The notes under the pieces were generated by a model. It was not told the origin of the DNA, made no database searches, and saw only the letters and a program-made list of their open reading frames with translations. DNA of 63,784 bases, counting the filler, from Lenisia limosa (Eukaryota; Protista; Breviatea), in assembly GCA_001655205.1 (NCBI GenBank). It is 9 parts of 9 records of this genome, joined end to end, with 100 filler letters (N's around TTAATTAATTAA, not from the genome) between each part and the next. Parts side by side here need not be neighbours in the genome. Positions count along the whole stretch, not along the records: positions 9,735 to 33,168 come from LPNZ01009059.1; positions 33,269 to 40,916 come from LPNZ01006971.1; 7 more parts are not named here. One strand, written 5' to 3'. The translations under genes and the position numbers were made by a program. Within the stretch, counting starts at the first letter, position 1, and the number at the start of each line of letters is the position of its first letter. Positions 24,801 through 36,300 of this stretch are shown here, piece after piece.

Positions 24801-26271
24801 TCTCCAACAAGGTCCAACATCACCAGTCTCAGGGGGACTTCATTTTGAGGTGGGCGCACGAGAGCTGAGGGGAGGGGGAATTAAAAATGGAAAATAGAGG
24901 AGACCCCCCCCCCCCCNNNNNNNNNNNNNNNNNNNNNNNNNNNNNNNNNNNNNNNNNAAAGACCAGGATAGCTTTCCCCCCACCTTTCGATTCGAATGGT
25001 CTACTTGATTTATCCTCCTCGTCGTCACTATCCCAGCTTGACTTCCTCTTCAGATTCTTCCTATCCTTCTCCTTCTCTTCCTTTTTTTTTTTTTTCTTTT
25101 CTTCCTTTCTCTTCCTTTTCTCTTCTTTCTTTTTCTCTTCTTTCTTTTTCTCTTCTTCATCTACTTTCTTCTTCTTCTCTTCTCTCCTTTTTTTATCCTC
25201 ATCCTCCACTTTTTTCTTTTTCTTCNNNNNNNNNNNNNNNNNNNNNNNNNNNNNNNNNNCTTCTCGCTTTGCGTGTTCTTCTTCTCTCTTCCTCTTCCTC
25301 ATAGCCTTGCTACTCATATGCATTTGTTCCTCCTTTGCTTTTTCTTCTTCTCTCCTCCTTCGTTCAGCCTTACTGTTCAGATGCATTTGTTCCTCTGCTT
25401 TATCTTCTTCTCTCCTCCTTCGTTCAGCCTTACTACTCAGATGCATTGGTTCACATGATTCATACTGCAGAGTAGGCTCAGCTGTTTCTTTTGATTCGTA
25501 CAGCAAGATAGGCTCATCATCACTGTCTAAGTCGATCACTTCCGTACTGACTGCATTCTTTGCAAATTTCTTGGCTTCAATGACGTCTTTTTCTTTCATC
25601 AACTCTTCACTCTTCTTCAGTGTCCTCTCCAAAGCGGTTGTTTCGATGGGTGTCTCCCTCTTATAATCTCCGTTGCCCATAAAGCGCTTGTGGTTTTTGA
25701 ACTGGTCAAAGGGTGCAGAAGCATATGACCTGTCACTTTCCTTCGGGTCTGACCTGTCGTAACTAGCTGGCCTGACATAACGATCGGCATGGCTTCTTTG
25801 TCGCACTCGAGGACCTTCATACGGCTCCGAGTTGCTATAAGGACTTCTATGCGAGGGATTGGGTTTTGGGCCTGGGCTTGAAAACGTCTGCTTGTTTGTT
25901 GGCGCATTGCCGTGGTTGGCGTCCGAGTAACAGTTTATTGAGCTGTAGTTCCACTGATCATTTCCAGGGCCACGATAAGTGGATCTTTGATCAATGTTAC
26001 CAGAATAGACTCGGCGGTCAGTGTCGTTAAGGCTGACTCTCACATTGGCGTGGTTTGGGTGCGCCATGTTTTGGGTATTCATGCCATGCGGTTGGTAAGC
26101 TGATGGGTTGGACTGATACAGCATATGTGCGTTGTGCTGCGGGGGTGTAGAGGCGTGAACAAATTGCCGATTTTCCGTTGGTCCATTGCTTATTACTACT
26201 TTGACATTTGAAAGGTCCTGAGGAGTCATGTGATCAACTGGACAAGAAGCGATTTCTGGTAACACCACCAC
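21850..26271 (-). CDS. Non-canonical poly(A) polymerase/terminal uridylyltransferase (Trf4/Cid1 family) with long low-complexity N-terminus; further 5' exons likely up to ~26600
   Basis: Pol-beta NTase motif LFGSLTYGLAM|TGSDIDV, ARVPIVKFNWSGVPVDM, TLSSYCWVMLVLHYL, PAP-associated GFFGFL...VIMDILDRSNVL. One large exon (24829-26271) encodes a Q/N/P/S-rich then K/E-rich region. Confidence 0.85.
23923..23971 (-). repeat. Intronic repeat family B (ends at a splice acceptor here)
   Basis: Consensus GATGGGATGCGGTGCTGCAGAAGC...TTGATTTGGGC(T)nGTTTCATAAATTTTCCAATTTTAC(C)nAG. Copies at 23923-23971(-), 38823-38921(+), 50617-50757(+), 51497-51600(-), 51980-52030(-), and a 5' part at 5330-5461(-). Confidence 0.85.
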
Positions 26272-26828
26272 TCAACTTTTAAAAACGAAAGGGTCAGTTA
26301 ATAGGAAATAAATGATTAGATTTCTCCAACTACTCCGCCTACAGATCGTTCAAAGGGGTCGCTTTTGATGGGGTTCGGGTTGAAGGGGGCTCGCTAGAAA
26401 GTAATCTTGAGGAAAGAAAACTGATAATCCAACACGTAGAAAAAAAAAAAAGAAGTTTACCAAGAAATGAAAGAATGATATCAAATATTTTTTATTTCAA
26501 CAAGGTTCTTACATGCTGATGAGAGGGCGGAGGTGGAGGGGGGTAGTGAGGCTCCCTATTTCGGCTGTCGTAATGCTTCTGAGCGTTCTGGAAGAGGGGT
26601 GAAAAGGAAAATAAATTCAGAATATCCTGTCATATGTAAAGAAGAGGAAGCAGAAACAAACAATCTAATAAAATACGGTAAAGAAGAGGAAGCAGAAACA
26701 AACAATCTATTAGCAAACCATTGAGAACAAGACCTCTGCTTAAAATGGGTAAACCATTTAAAATAATAAACCAAAAAAACATCAAATCCTTCGAAAGTAA
26801 ACAAAATGTTCAAAATGATAAGATGTAA

Positions 26829-26860
26829 AGCAATTAGGTCAAGACTTATCCCGGTCACTG
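26829..26860. mobile_element. Right half of the Tc1/mariner-type MITE
   Basis: GGTCAAGACTTATCCCGGTCACTG followed by TA; identical to the right TIR of the copy at 30874-30951. Confidence 0.7.
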
Positions 26861-27484
26861 TATATGCTATCCATTAAGAGTAACCCAGAGCAGCTTACAT
26901 GGTTAGAGTTCCAGTGCTGGTGTGGACGACGGTTATCATAGCTGTTTTGCTGTGTAGATAAGAAGAGTGATAAGAGCGAATCATGTGCCCGGAACGCTGA
27001 AAGGCATACTCATGAAATACACAGCATAAGACAAAAAGTGAAATAAGCAGTTTTCAAACAAGAAGTAAATAATAACACAGAAGAGAAAAGTCCACTCATT
27101 AATAATTCTAGACAGCGCATACAGAATATGTGCGATAGCCTTGTGAGGCGTGGTCGTAGCGGTTCGTTTCCATGCTAAATTGCTTTGTGGTTATTTTAAA
27201 AGGCTAAAGAAGAGAAATGCACGGGAGAGATGGGCTGTGAGAAGGAGGAGTCTCCATTTAAAAAGAAAGGTTTCGGTTTTGCTCTTAATTATTTCTTCTT
27301 TTACGTCTCTTTGTCTCGCCTTTTTTAACCTCACGTTAATAAGCGCTCGTTAATAAGTGTCTTCCTGGTATCTTCAAATTCAAATTCAATCTTTCCTTTT
27401 TATAAAATACTATCTGGGGATGTAGCGTGCCCTTGCCCTCTTGCCCTTCCCTCCCCTTTGGCCCTTTTCCATCTGATCCCCCAG

Positions 27485-29261
27485 AGGCTCCTCGGGCCGG
27501 CCTCTTACGACGGAGGTAAGACCCTGGCGGGTTCAGATGGGCCCTTNNNNNNNNNNNNNNNNNNNNNNNNNNNNNNNNNNNNNNNNNNNNNNNNNNNNNN
27601 NNNNNNNNNNNNNNNNNNNNNNNNNNNNNNNNNNNNNNNNNNNNNNNNNNNNNNNNNNNNNNNNNNTCGCTCCCACCACAGATCACCAGGACAGGCTCCC
27701 AAGTAGTCACTACCTTAAGGCGCCTTGCACCCTTGCACTGCCTCCCGGTAGAGATAAAATTGAGATAGCACGACAGAGACTGGACAGAGAAGAGACACAT
27801 TTTGAGGTGGTTTGCTGATTAGTCCTCATAATTTATATACTATCTATTTGTAAGCTACTTCTTTGTACTCTAATTTGGCAGTCCCGCGGTATGTTGGCCT
27901 TAGAAGCTAGCACAGGACGTGCCATTGAGTTTCTTGGTCCACAGGTTTGTTGTACTAACGTGCAATTTTTGTTAGTTTGTTCTTTCTAAACACTCTGCTT
28001 ATTTTTTTAGGGAGGTGCAGACAATGTTTTGAGGGGAATCGGGTGCCTCAGGTGAGATACAGACATAATTGTATTGGGTTGCTTTATGATATCCATTTTA
28101 GAAACTTTTAAATATGGAATTTGGGATTTTGCTTGTGATGGGTTTCAGTAGTCTTCAACGTAGTTCTTACTTTTTGTTCATTTGCATTTTGACAGCATAC
28201 ATCAGATAAGTTACAGCATGGTGAGAATAATGGGCACAAATTGGGGAAAATGAAAGTAATGAAAAACCAACCCATACAACTCTAGACACTAAGTCCTAGT
28301 TGGCAACATTTATGGAAAAGGTCCTTTTTTTGGAACAATAGGAAACTGTGAATGGAATTGCATGTGGGCATTTGTGAGATATGTGATGGGAGATAAACAA
28401 GTGAACAAAATTCTGGAACACACGTAAGAGAATCCTAATAGTTGTTGCCAAATTGTCATATGGTATTGCTATTCATCCCTCTGCTTAGTTCCCTGGCGTC
28501 GGAACTTATACCTGGCTTTGAAGAGGGCCTCAATGACCTTACCACCCAGGTTTGGGGTCTTATGCTGCCTCTGATGTGTCCTTTCAATTATAATTTTCAG
28601 GCAATTCACAAAGTTTGCTCTTTACCACCCATCGAAATTTCCTTCGTTTTATTTTGTTTTTGTATTTGTCATCTGGCTTTTGTCTAGCTTTAGCGTTGGT
28701 TGCTTATGTTTGTTATTGCTTATTTTTTATTTGTTTGGGGTTTCAGATTATTCGTTTCGTGATTAGTACCTTTGCGCTATTCTTCACGAAATTTCCTTCG
28801 TTTACTCCCCCCCTCCCCGCTAGATCAATAAAGCCCGTCTGGTGAACCGCTTCTTCGGGTTGATTCACGTGTTAAACGGATTTGCATCTGCATCGCATGC
28901 TAATCGCGTGGACCAAGTACTCAGTCGTCTCAAAGTGAGGGGTGCTTGCAGTTTTCTGAAAAAAATTGCACTTTCGTATTTAACCTTTCAGTCTGCTGCG
29001 ATGTTGTGTTTTTTCCCATTTGAGCAGTCCCATTTTGCCCTTACAGTTCCCTGCAAGGTCAACTCCGAAGATACAGTCAGGGGCTTATTTTGTATTTGAG
29101 CGACAAGTGCTGTATCCTATTTCTCACAAGCATCAGCTTGTTCGTGACGTTAAAGTTTCGACACTCGCGCGCCTCTCTTCATTTTCATGGTTTATGTGGA
29201 TTGTCTTCGGTAAGGAACTTTCCGCAGTTTGTTAAGCGTTCTACTTTACGAAAAGTTCTAA
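27485..29261 (+). CDS. Unidentified multi-exon gene (5' end unresolved)
   Basis: GT-AG bounded GC-richer exons such as MLALEASTGRAIEFLGPQ, SLASELIPGFEEGLNDLTTQ|INKARLVNRFFGLIHVLNGF...RLK|FPARSTPKIQSG...; putative stop TAA 29259-29261. No family recognised. Confidence 0.55.
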
Positions 29262-29609
29262 TTGCACAGACGTTGTGGCGGTTTTGCGTCTGCTGAGGCA
29301 ACGCAACCGAAGTAGACGTGATGTATTGCGTCTTTTTCTCCATCTTATGTCCAACTTGGCTGATCTCCCACTGGCTTATATTTGGTGACTGGGCTTGACT
29401 AATGCAACGCGGGGGTAACACGAATTTTACCTAAATTTACGTAAAAATAATATTAAAAAGAACAACAATTAAAATTCTTAGCCTATAATTTTTGGGAACT
29501 TAAACGCGAACTTTTAAATTTCACGTAAATTTATTTTTTCGTGTACCCAACGGCCCTGTTGAGTGTGATGTTTAGAGACCCCCCTCCCTCCTCATTTCCC
29601 ATCATGTTC

Positions 29610-32600
29610 TAGGAGTCAAGAGTCTCCATTGTTCCGTATTGGGAAGGTCAACACGGAGCTTTTGGGCCTGTTTGCTTCTATTTCTTCTGCAGCCACCAAA
29701 TTCGTCTAAGTTGCTTGGTTCTTTTATTTTTAGTTCTTATCAGATAACATTTACCATCGTTGTTAATGAAATTTCAATCACTTTTATGATTGTAGTTACG
29801 AAATTTGGAAAATAATAAAATAAAAAGCACTTGACTCCTAACCTTGGTTGGTCTGATATTGAAACATGTACAATCAACAAAGTTCATGAGATGCATTGGG
29901 GTTTATTTAGCATTCCACTGAATTTCGTCCAAAAACTGCTCTACTGATGTGGTTCGGTGGTCTGTGAGGATTAGATTTGCGAGAGCGAAAATAGAAAATA
30001 AACGTGGCTTCTTTGTTGGTAGGAAATATCAACCAAATAACATAAAAATAGGATATGAGTTAAAGGGAAACCCCCAAGCATTGAATAACACTCTCTTATT
30101 TTTTTAAACAAACAGGAGCTTACTCTGGTGTTGGGTAGGAGGATTCGGTTGAGGGGAAGACGGGACACTCTGCAAAGTCAAAAACTGACAAACACGAAAA
30201 TCATGAGGACCACCACCTAGGTACCTTTGTTGTCTTGCGGGATATGGCGCTCAGCTTATAGATATCTGCAAGGGATGGACCGACCTTTGCGTTTTCCAAC
30301 ATTGAGTGGACTGCCTCAGCTTCCGCCATCTAAAACGTTGGAACATGACCGACCTTTCAAATGAATATTCCATTTTTATCCGATTATTTCGGCTAATAAT
30401 CAATACCAAGATGACATAATCATTTAGAGAAAGTGTGAGTGGGATATCAAGCTCCTTGCACGATATAGATGCATATGGCTTATGAATACAGAAATATGAG
30501 AATAATCATTAAAATGATCGATGATGAGCACATGTTGCTAATAAACATTCCTCACTCGGTCAGCACTTGGTTCAGTAGGCTGACAGATGTGCGAAGATGG
30601 TGCTGATCGCATTCCTTCGTTTTGGGGATGGAGAAAGACGGATATGTTTGCTGGAAGGTGAGGCTCCCAGAACATAAAACTTGATTATGTACATATCATA
30701 TCTGTCCCCAGTATTTCGCTATCCAATCTGCCCACATTGATTTGCAGCGGCAGGGGCAGTCCATGTCGACTCTTCGGCGTTCCAAGAGTGTTGGGAAGAC
30801 TCAACCCAGCCAGCCTGCGAGAACATGGCACGCTAGGTGGTCAGCGATTCATTAGCGAACGTACCCAAGTATACAGTGACCATGATATGTCTTGACTGAT
30901 TTTCCTTGGGAAATCAGATAGCAAATCGGTCAAGACTTATCCCGGTCACTGTATATGATATATTATATCTAATACAAATAATATGATTCAATATTATTAT
31001 CTTCAATTAATTTCCATCCCCTGAAACAGGAATAATATGGTAAAGGTTGAACCATTTGAAGAAGACCCTCAAACTTGGTTTGAAGGAGAGGGCATGGTAG
31101 GGAATGGGGAGGCTTGGGGAGGAGGAGGAGGTGGCACAATAGTTTTCAAGTCGAGGTCTTCATTCTGTTGAATTAAAATACAAATCGAAGTGTGAATATA
31201 ATATATACTGTTTGACAACCGCCCAAACCTTCAGCTGTCTTTCCATCACGGTGGCAATTTCCTTCTTGTAGCAGGTCAAGAACGCAGGTGCTGATTTGTC
31301 CAATTGCTGAATGTACTGCAAGACACTGTCCTCAGTTTTGGGACATGCTGCCCCGAGCCGGACAATGTGTGCAGGGTGAAGGACGTACCTGGTTTATTAC
31401 TTCGCATGTCGTTTAACGATCAATAACTAAAGTTGAAATACAAGGGGGCAATGTTTAAATACCCCCCCCCCCCCNNNNNNNNNNNNNNNNNNNNNNNNNN
31501 NNNNNNNNNNNNNNNNNNNNNNNNNNNNNNNNNNNNNNNNNNNNNNNNNNNNNNNNNNNNNNNNNNNNNNNNNNNNNNNNNNNNNNNNNNNNNNNNNNNN
31601 NNNNNNNNNNNNNNNNNNNNNNNNNNNNNNNNNNNNNNNNNNNNNNNNNNNNNNNNNNNNNNNNNNNNNNNNNNNNNNNNNNNNNNNNNNNNNNNNNNNN
31701 NCTGTGTCACCTCAGGCTATAGAGTAAGAATGGTCTATGATAAGGTGAAAGATTTTGAGCTTCCCCCTCCCCACCTTGGTGAACGTTCTTGCTGCAATAG
31801 CCTGGGACCTGTTGGCAACTGAGGAGAGGTCTTCAGCACTTCGGTCTGCCAACATGCGGCGGAGACGGTCGTAGATGTAGAGAAGATAATGCGTATCACT
31901 TCTCGCGTACTCCATCATTTCCAGGGGGATCGGTCTGAGAGGTAAGCATAATACGTAGCAGCGATCAATAGCGAAACTTGACGAAAGCTTACCTTATTCT
32001 CCAGTCAGATTTTTGGTACTCTTTGTTTGCCTTGACCCCGCAGAAATGGTCCAAAAGATAAGCCAGGCCAAACTTCGGGAATTCTATCATGTTAGACCAA
32101 TTCCTTTGAAGACACTTAAATTCTTTACATCTACAAGGATGGCTCAAAAAACAAACAAAAAAAAAACACACNNNNNNNNNNNNNNNNNNNNNNNNNNNNN
32201 NNNNNNNNNNNNNNNNNNNNNNNNNNNNNNNNNNNNNNNNNNNNNNNNNNNNNNNNNNNNNNNNNNNNNNNNTAGGTTCACAATGTAAACACCGAAGTCT
32301 CTCTGCAGCCAAAGAACGTCAGAGTCAGCTCCATGAAGGACCTTCGGAGGTGATACTGGTACCCATGTGTTATACTATATTTCATCTGTAACGGCTTAAA
32401 GTTGATAAAGAATACCCAGGACTGCTTCATTATCCCCATACCTACCTTTACAATTTTTGGGTTGCACGTGAGCTCATTGAGAGCTTCAAGCTCGAGTTGA
32501 AGGGGGAAAGGATCGATGATGAAGTCTGTCAAGTAGGAGGGGGGGGGGGTGATATTCTACTTGTATGTTATATCAAAGTGAATCGTACATTTGGTATTTC

Positions 32601-33168
32601 TTGAGCAAAAGGCACAACTCATTACATTAAGCATCTGACACAAGAATAGAGCAAGTACTCTTATTGCCACCCCTCACCTCTTGTACGAGATGAGATTTGA
32701 ATAAGACAAGTTACTCCCAAATATGTGCGGTAAGAATGATGTTCGAGATCAATCGCAACCTAAAAAAAGTGAGATGAACACAGCATATTAGCGATTAAAA
32801 TAAGATAGGGTCTCACCTCCTTGCAGTCTTTGAAGTGGTCCAAAAGTTCACTGAGTTGGTCGGGAGTTTCAACCCAAGTAAGGGGGCAGCTGAACGGTAT
32901 TTAGTACAGATACTTCCATTTTACGCAATGATACTTCCATTAGACGCAAAAACGAATATTCTTAGTAAATTTCCTACCCTCTTTGACAAGAAAAGAAAAG
33001 GCCTCGCAAAATTGATTACACCCAGCAACCTCAGATCAGTGGAGGCAGTCTCAGTAATCTCATCAGTTACCCAAAAAGGCTCAAGCTCATTGATTTCGCG
33101 GTGGTAGGGATGAGCATAGTGACCAGACTTATCGGCTTGAACAGCTAATTAAAGTCATAGTAGTAATA
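29610..33168 (-). CDS. RRP6: Exosome-associated 3'-5' exoribonuclease RRP6/EXOSC10 (5' truncated; 3' end approximate)
   Basis: DEDD exonuclease motifs [51 protein letters not shown]|[20 protein letters not shown], followed by an HRDC-like [12 protein letters not shown]. Confidence 0.93.
30874..30951. mobile_element. Tc1/mariner-type MITE (78 bp) with TA TSD in an RRP6 intron
   Basis: TA-CAGTGACC...GTCTTGACTGATTT / AAATCGGTCAAGAC...GGTCACTG-TA. CAGTG termini plus TA TSD are Tc1 hallmarks. Confidence 0.85.
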
Positions 33169-33353
33169 NNNNNNNNNNNNNNNNNNNNNNNNNNNNNNNN
33201 NNNNNNNNNNNNTTAATTAATTAANNNNNNNNNNNNNNNNNNNNNNNNNNNNNNNNNNNNNNNNNNNNATCTTATAAGAGTAATGGTGTGGAAAGGCTTC
33301 GGCCATATACAACCTTATTTTTCATTTCTCATTGCTATATATAACCTGTATAG

Positions 33354-36300
33354 GACCAGGCTTCCCGGTACCGCCCATTGCATTTGCCACTGCCTACCTT
33401 CGCGTGTGTCCTCTGGATGCCTCGTCTGCTGGCAGGTTGGGGGAGGTGTACTCATGTTCGTCCAAGAACAGTTCTTTGGTTTTCTATTTCTCAGTGAGTT
33501 TTGTTGTTTGAATCGTTTTGGACTCAATCTTTCATACACCCTTACCCCCACCCCTCNNNNNNNNNNNNNNNNNNNNNNNNNNNNNNNNNNNNNNNNNNNN
33601 NNNNNNNNNNNNNNNNNNNNNNNNNNNNNNNNNNNNNNNNNNNNNNNNNNNNNNNNNNNNNNNNNNNNNNNNNNNNNNNNNNNNNNNNNNNNNNNNNNNN
33701 NNNNNNNNNNNNNNNNNNNNNNNNNNNNNNNNNNNNNNNNNNNNNNNNNNNNNNNNNNNNNNNNNNNNNNNNNNNNNNGCCAGCACCGTTGTCAATGAGC
33801 TGCTGGCCGCTGTGGGGGGGGGGTCTTTTTCTTAACGTAAGGGTCATGATGGGTGTTTTTATTGAGTTGCAAGTTAATACACATTAGCCCTAGTTTTGAA
33901 CATGCTGATTGTAACCCCACAGGTCCATCCCCCTTTCCTAAACATCCGTTCTCCACGAGGCCTAACGCTTCTGCATGCCGCCACTGTACAAGGTGCGGCA
34001 CCAAAGGATAGGATTGGTCAAGACTCTACATACGTCTTTTTTTTGCAAAATTGAATCTACCTCCCCTGTTTTATTGTAGATTGAACATTTTCTTGAGTTG
34101 ATAACTTTCAGATCGTGGGGATCTTGTTCGCAACTTACTGGAGTATGGAGCTGATCCAACTGTCACGGGTAGGGAGTTTGGGTGATGGGAGGGGATACTA
34201 GTATTTGTGTTTTATAGGACTTAATAATTCTATTTTATTCCACTGGTTATTGAGGTTTTGCAACTGATAACGTGTTGTTAGCTCAAAAACATTGATTTTG
34301 AAACATGTTGTGTGTCGTGTATGAAAGTTTAAGAGATGAATTATTTTATTTCTCTGTTGAAACCTATCACTTCCTTTTCTTATTCAACTATGATAGTGTA
34401 AGGATATAGAGATCGGTATATTGAAAGCCAGGATTGCAGTGTCAGGAGGACAACCATGTTGGACGATTGTGTATAGGGTTAAAACCCATAACACCTACCC
34501 TTCATGGAGCCCTATTGTGTATTGATTGAAGAAACATATATATTGAGCCTAGTTTAGGAGAATAACCTGAGATGAGGGGGGTGGGCTCAAAAATATTTCA
34601 AAAGAGGAATTGTTAGTCATATTTTTGTTAAATCACAGATGAACTGAAATAGTCTCTTAACATATTTACGATATCACAATTGTGCGATTATGTAATCTGT
34701 TGTTGTTATCATTGTTTACATCCCTCTTACCTGAAATAAAACTATCATTAAACACACTGCTGCATTTAAGACTATTTTGCTGTATTGTCTCTGATGTTGA
34801 TTTGCCCAGACCACTCTGGCTACACCCCCCTGCATTATGCTGCGAGGAAGGCGGCCATTAGCCCTCTCAAGGTGGGTTGGGTGAAGCTCTTCAAATGGTA
34901 TAATGCAATAATATACTGCCTGGACATTGAAAAGATATTAGATGAACAGAATGAGCTTCGTTGGTGACTGATCTAGAGTCTCATCGCCTACGGAGGAACA
35001 CATTTACTCCATGTCAAGGGTGCTCGAGGTGAGCAGCTACTTTCTCTGAGGGGGATTGTCTTTAAGATGACAATATTGTTTTCTCAATCTTGTGAACCAT
35101 CCAAATTTACTCCTCTATTGATGTATTTACATGTATATCCAATAAAAAGACTATGCTGTCATAGGACAAAAGGACACTAAATCTCCCAGACGAGAACGTC
35201 CTGCATTTGCTCCTTCAGCCGTCCGCCAGGGTTGCCAACCCAAAGCCCCCTGCAAAGCCCGCTCAAACAGCTGCCGATGATGCTCGTTGGAATGGGTTTT
35301 GGTGCTACTGAATAAAAGGGCTTCTGTGGCGCTTCTTATACAAGTTTAACTTAAGCAATCCAAAGATNNNNNNNNNNNNNNNNNNNNNNNNNNNNNNNNN
35401 NNNNNNNNNNNNNNNNNNNNNNNNNNNNNNNNNNNNNNNNNNNNNNNNNNNNNNNNNNNNNNNNNNNNNNNNNNNNNNNNNNNNNNNNNNNNTCACAGTG
35501 GGGGGTTTAGATCATAGTACTAAATTTCAAGAGCACAAGCCACTAGGTTACGGTTCTTTTTGTTCTTTGATCAAGCCATATTTCGACCTTATAACCTGCT
35601 TAACGAATGGTAGAAACGCCTTCCGCCCGTGATATCATCAACAGCGAAGAGTACTTCCAAAAACCGGTGGATATGAGTGGGACGGTGCTGCGTTATATGA
35701 TGCGTTGACTGCCTTTACAATGATCATCCTTTAATCCTCTTGGCAAAAAAAAACGGATGTTTCTTCACACTCAAATTTTTTTTCACATATGATATCCATG
35801 TTTACATTGCCTTCGTGACCATCTAGACTCCTACGAGGAGGTATCCGAACACTCACTTCCCTCCAAAGAGTGGGCCTTACAATATATCGGGCAATACCAT
35901 CAGAATTATTTGGGCGGTTTGGCTATTAGTTCAGAAGTGTCCAAAAGCAGCTTGAGAAAATTGAAACTTATGGTGGATGTGTACCGGGATGTGTCAACAT
36001 TATTTGGGGGGACTGACTAGTACCGGGATTTTTATTTTTAACACAATCGTAAACTCCCAATTGTTATCGTTTTAATTTCTATGAGTACCTTGTATAGTAT
36101 ATTATTTACATATATTAGAGCTCCGGGCAATTAGTATTAATACAGTATTAATATTAAAATATTAATATTATAGCAAAAAAGTCATATTAATACAAAATAA
36201 AAGGAGTATTAAGAATGAATTATTAATTTTATATTAATACATGTTAATAAAATATTAATAATATTAATATTTACGATGAACAAAATAATACATATTAATT

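Noticed and set aside
24887-25666. 259-aa Phe/Ser-rich plus-strand ORF
   Set aside because: Antisense shadow of the K/E-rich exon of the nucleotidyltransferase gene.
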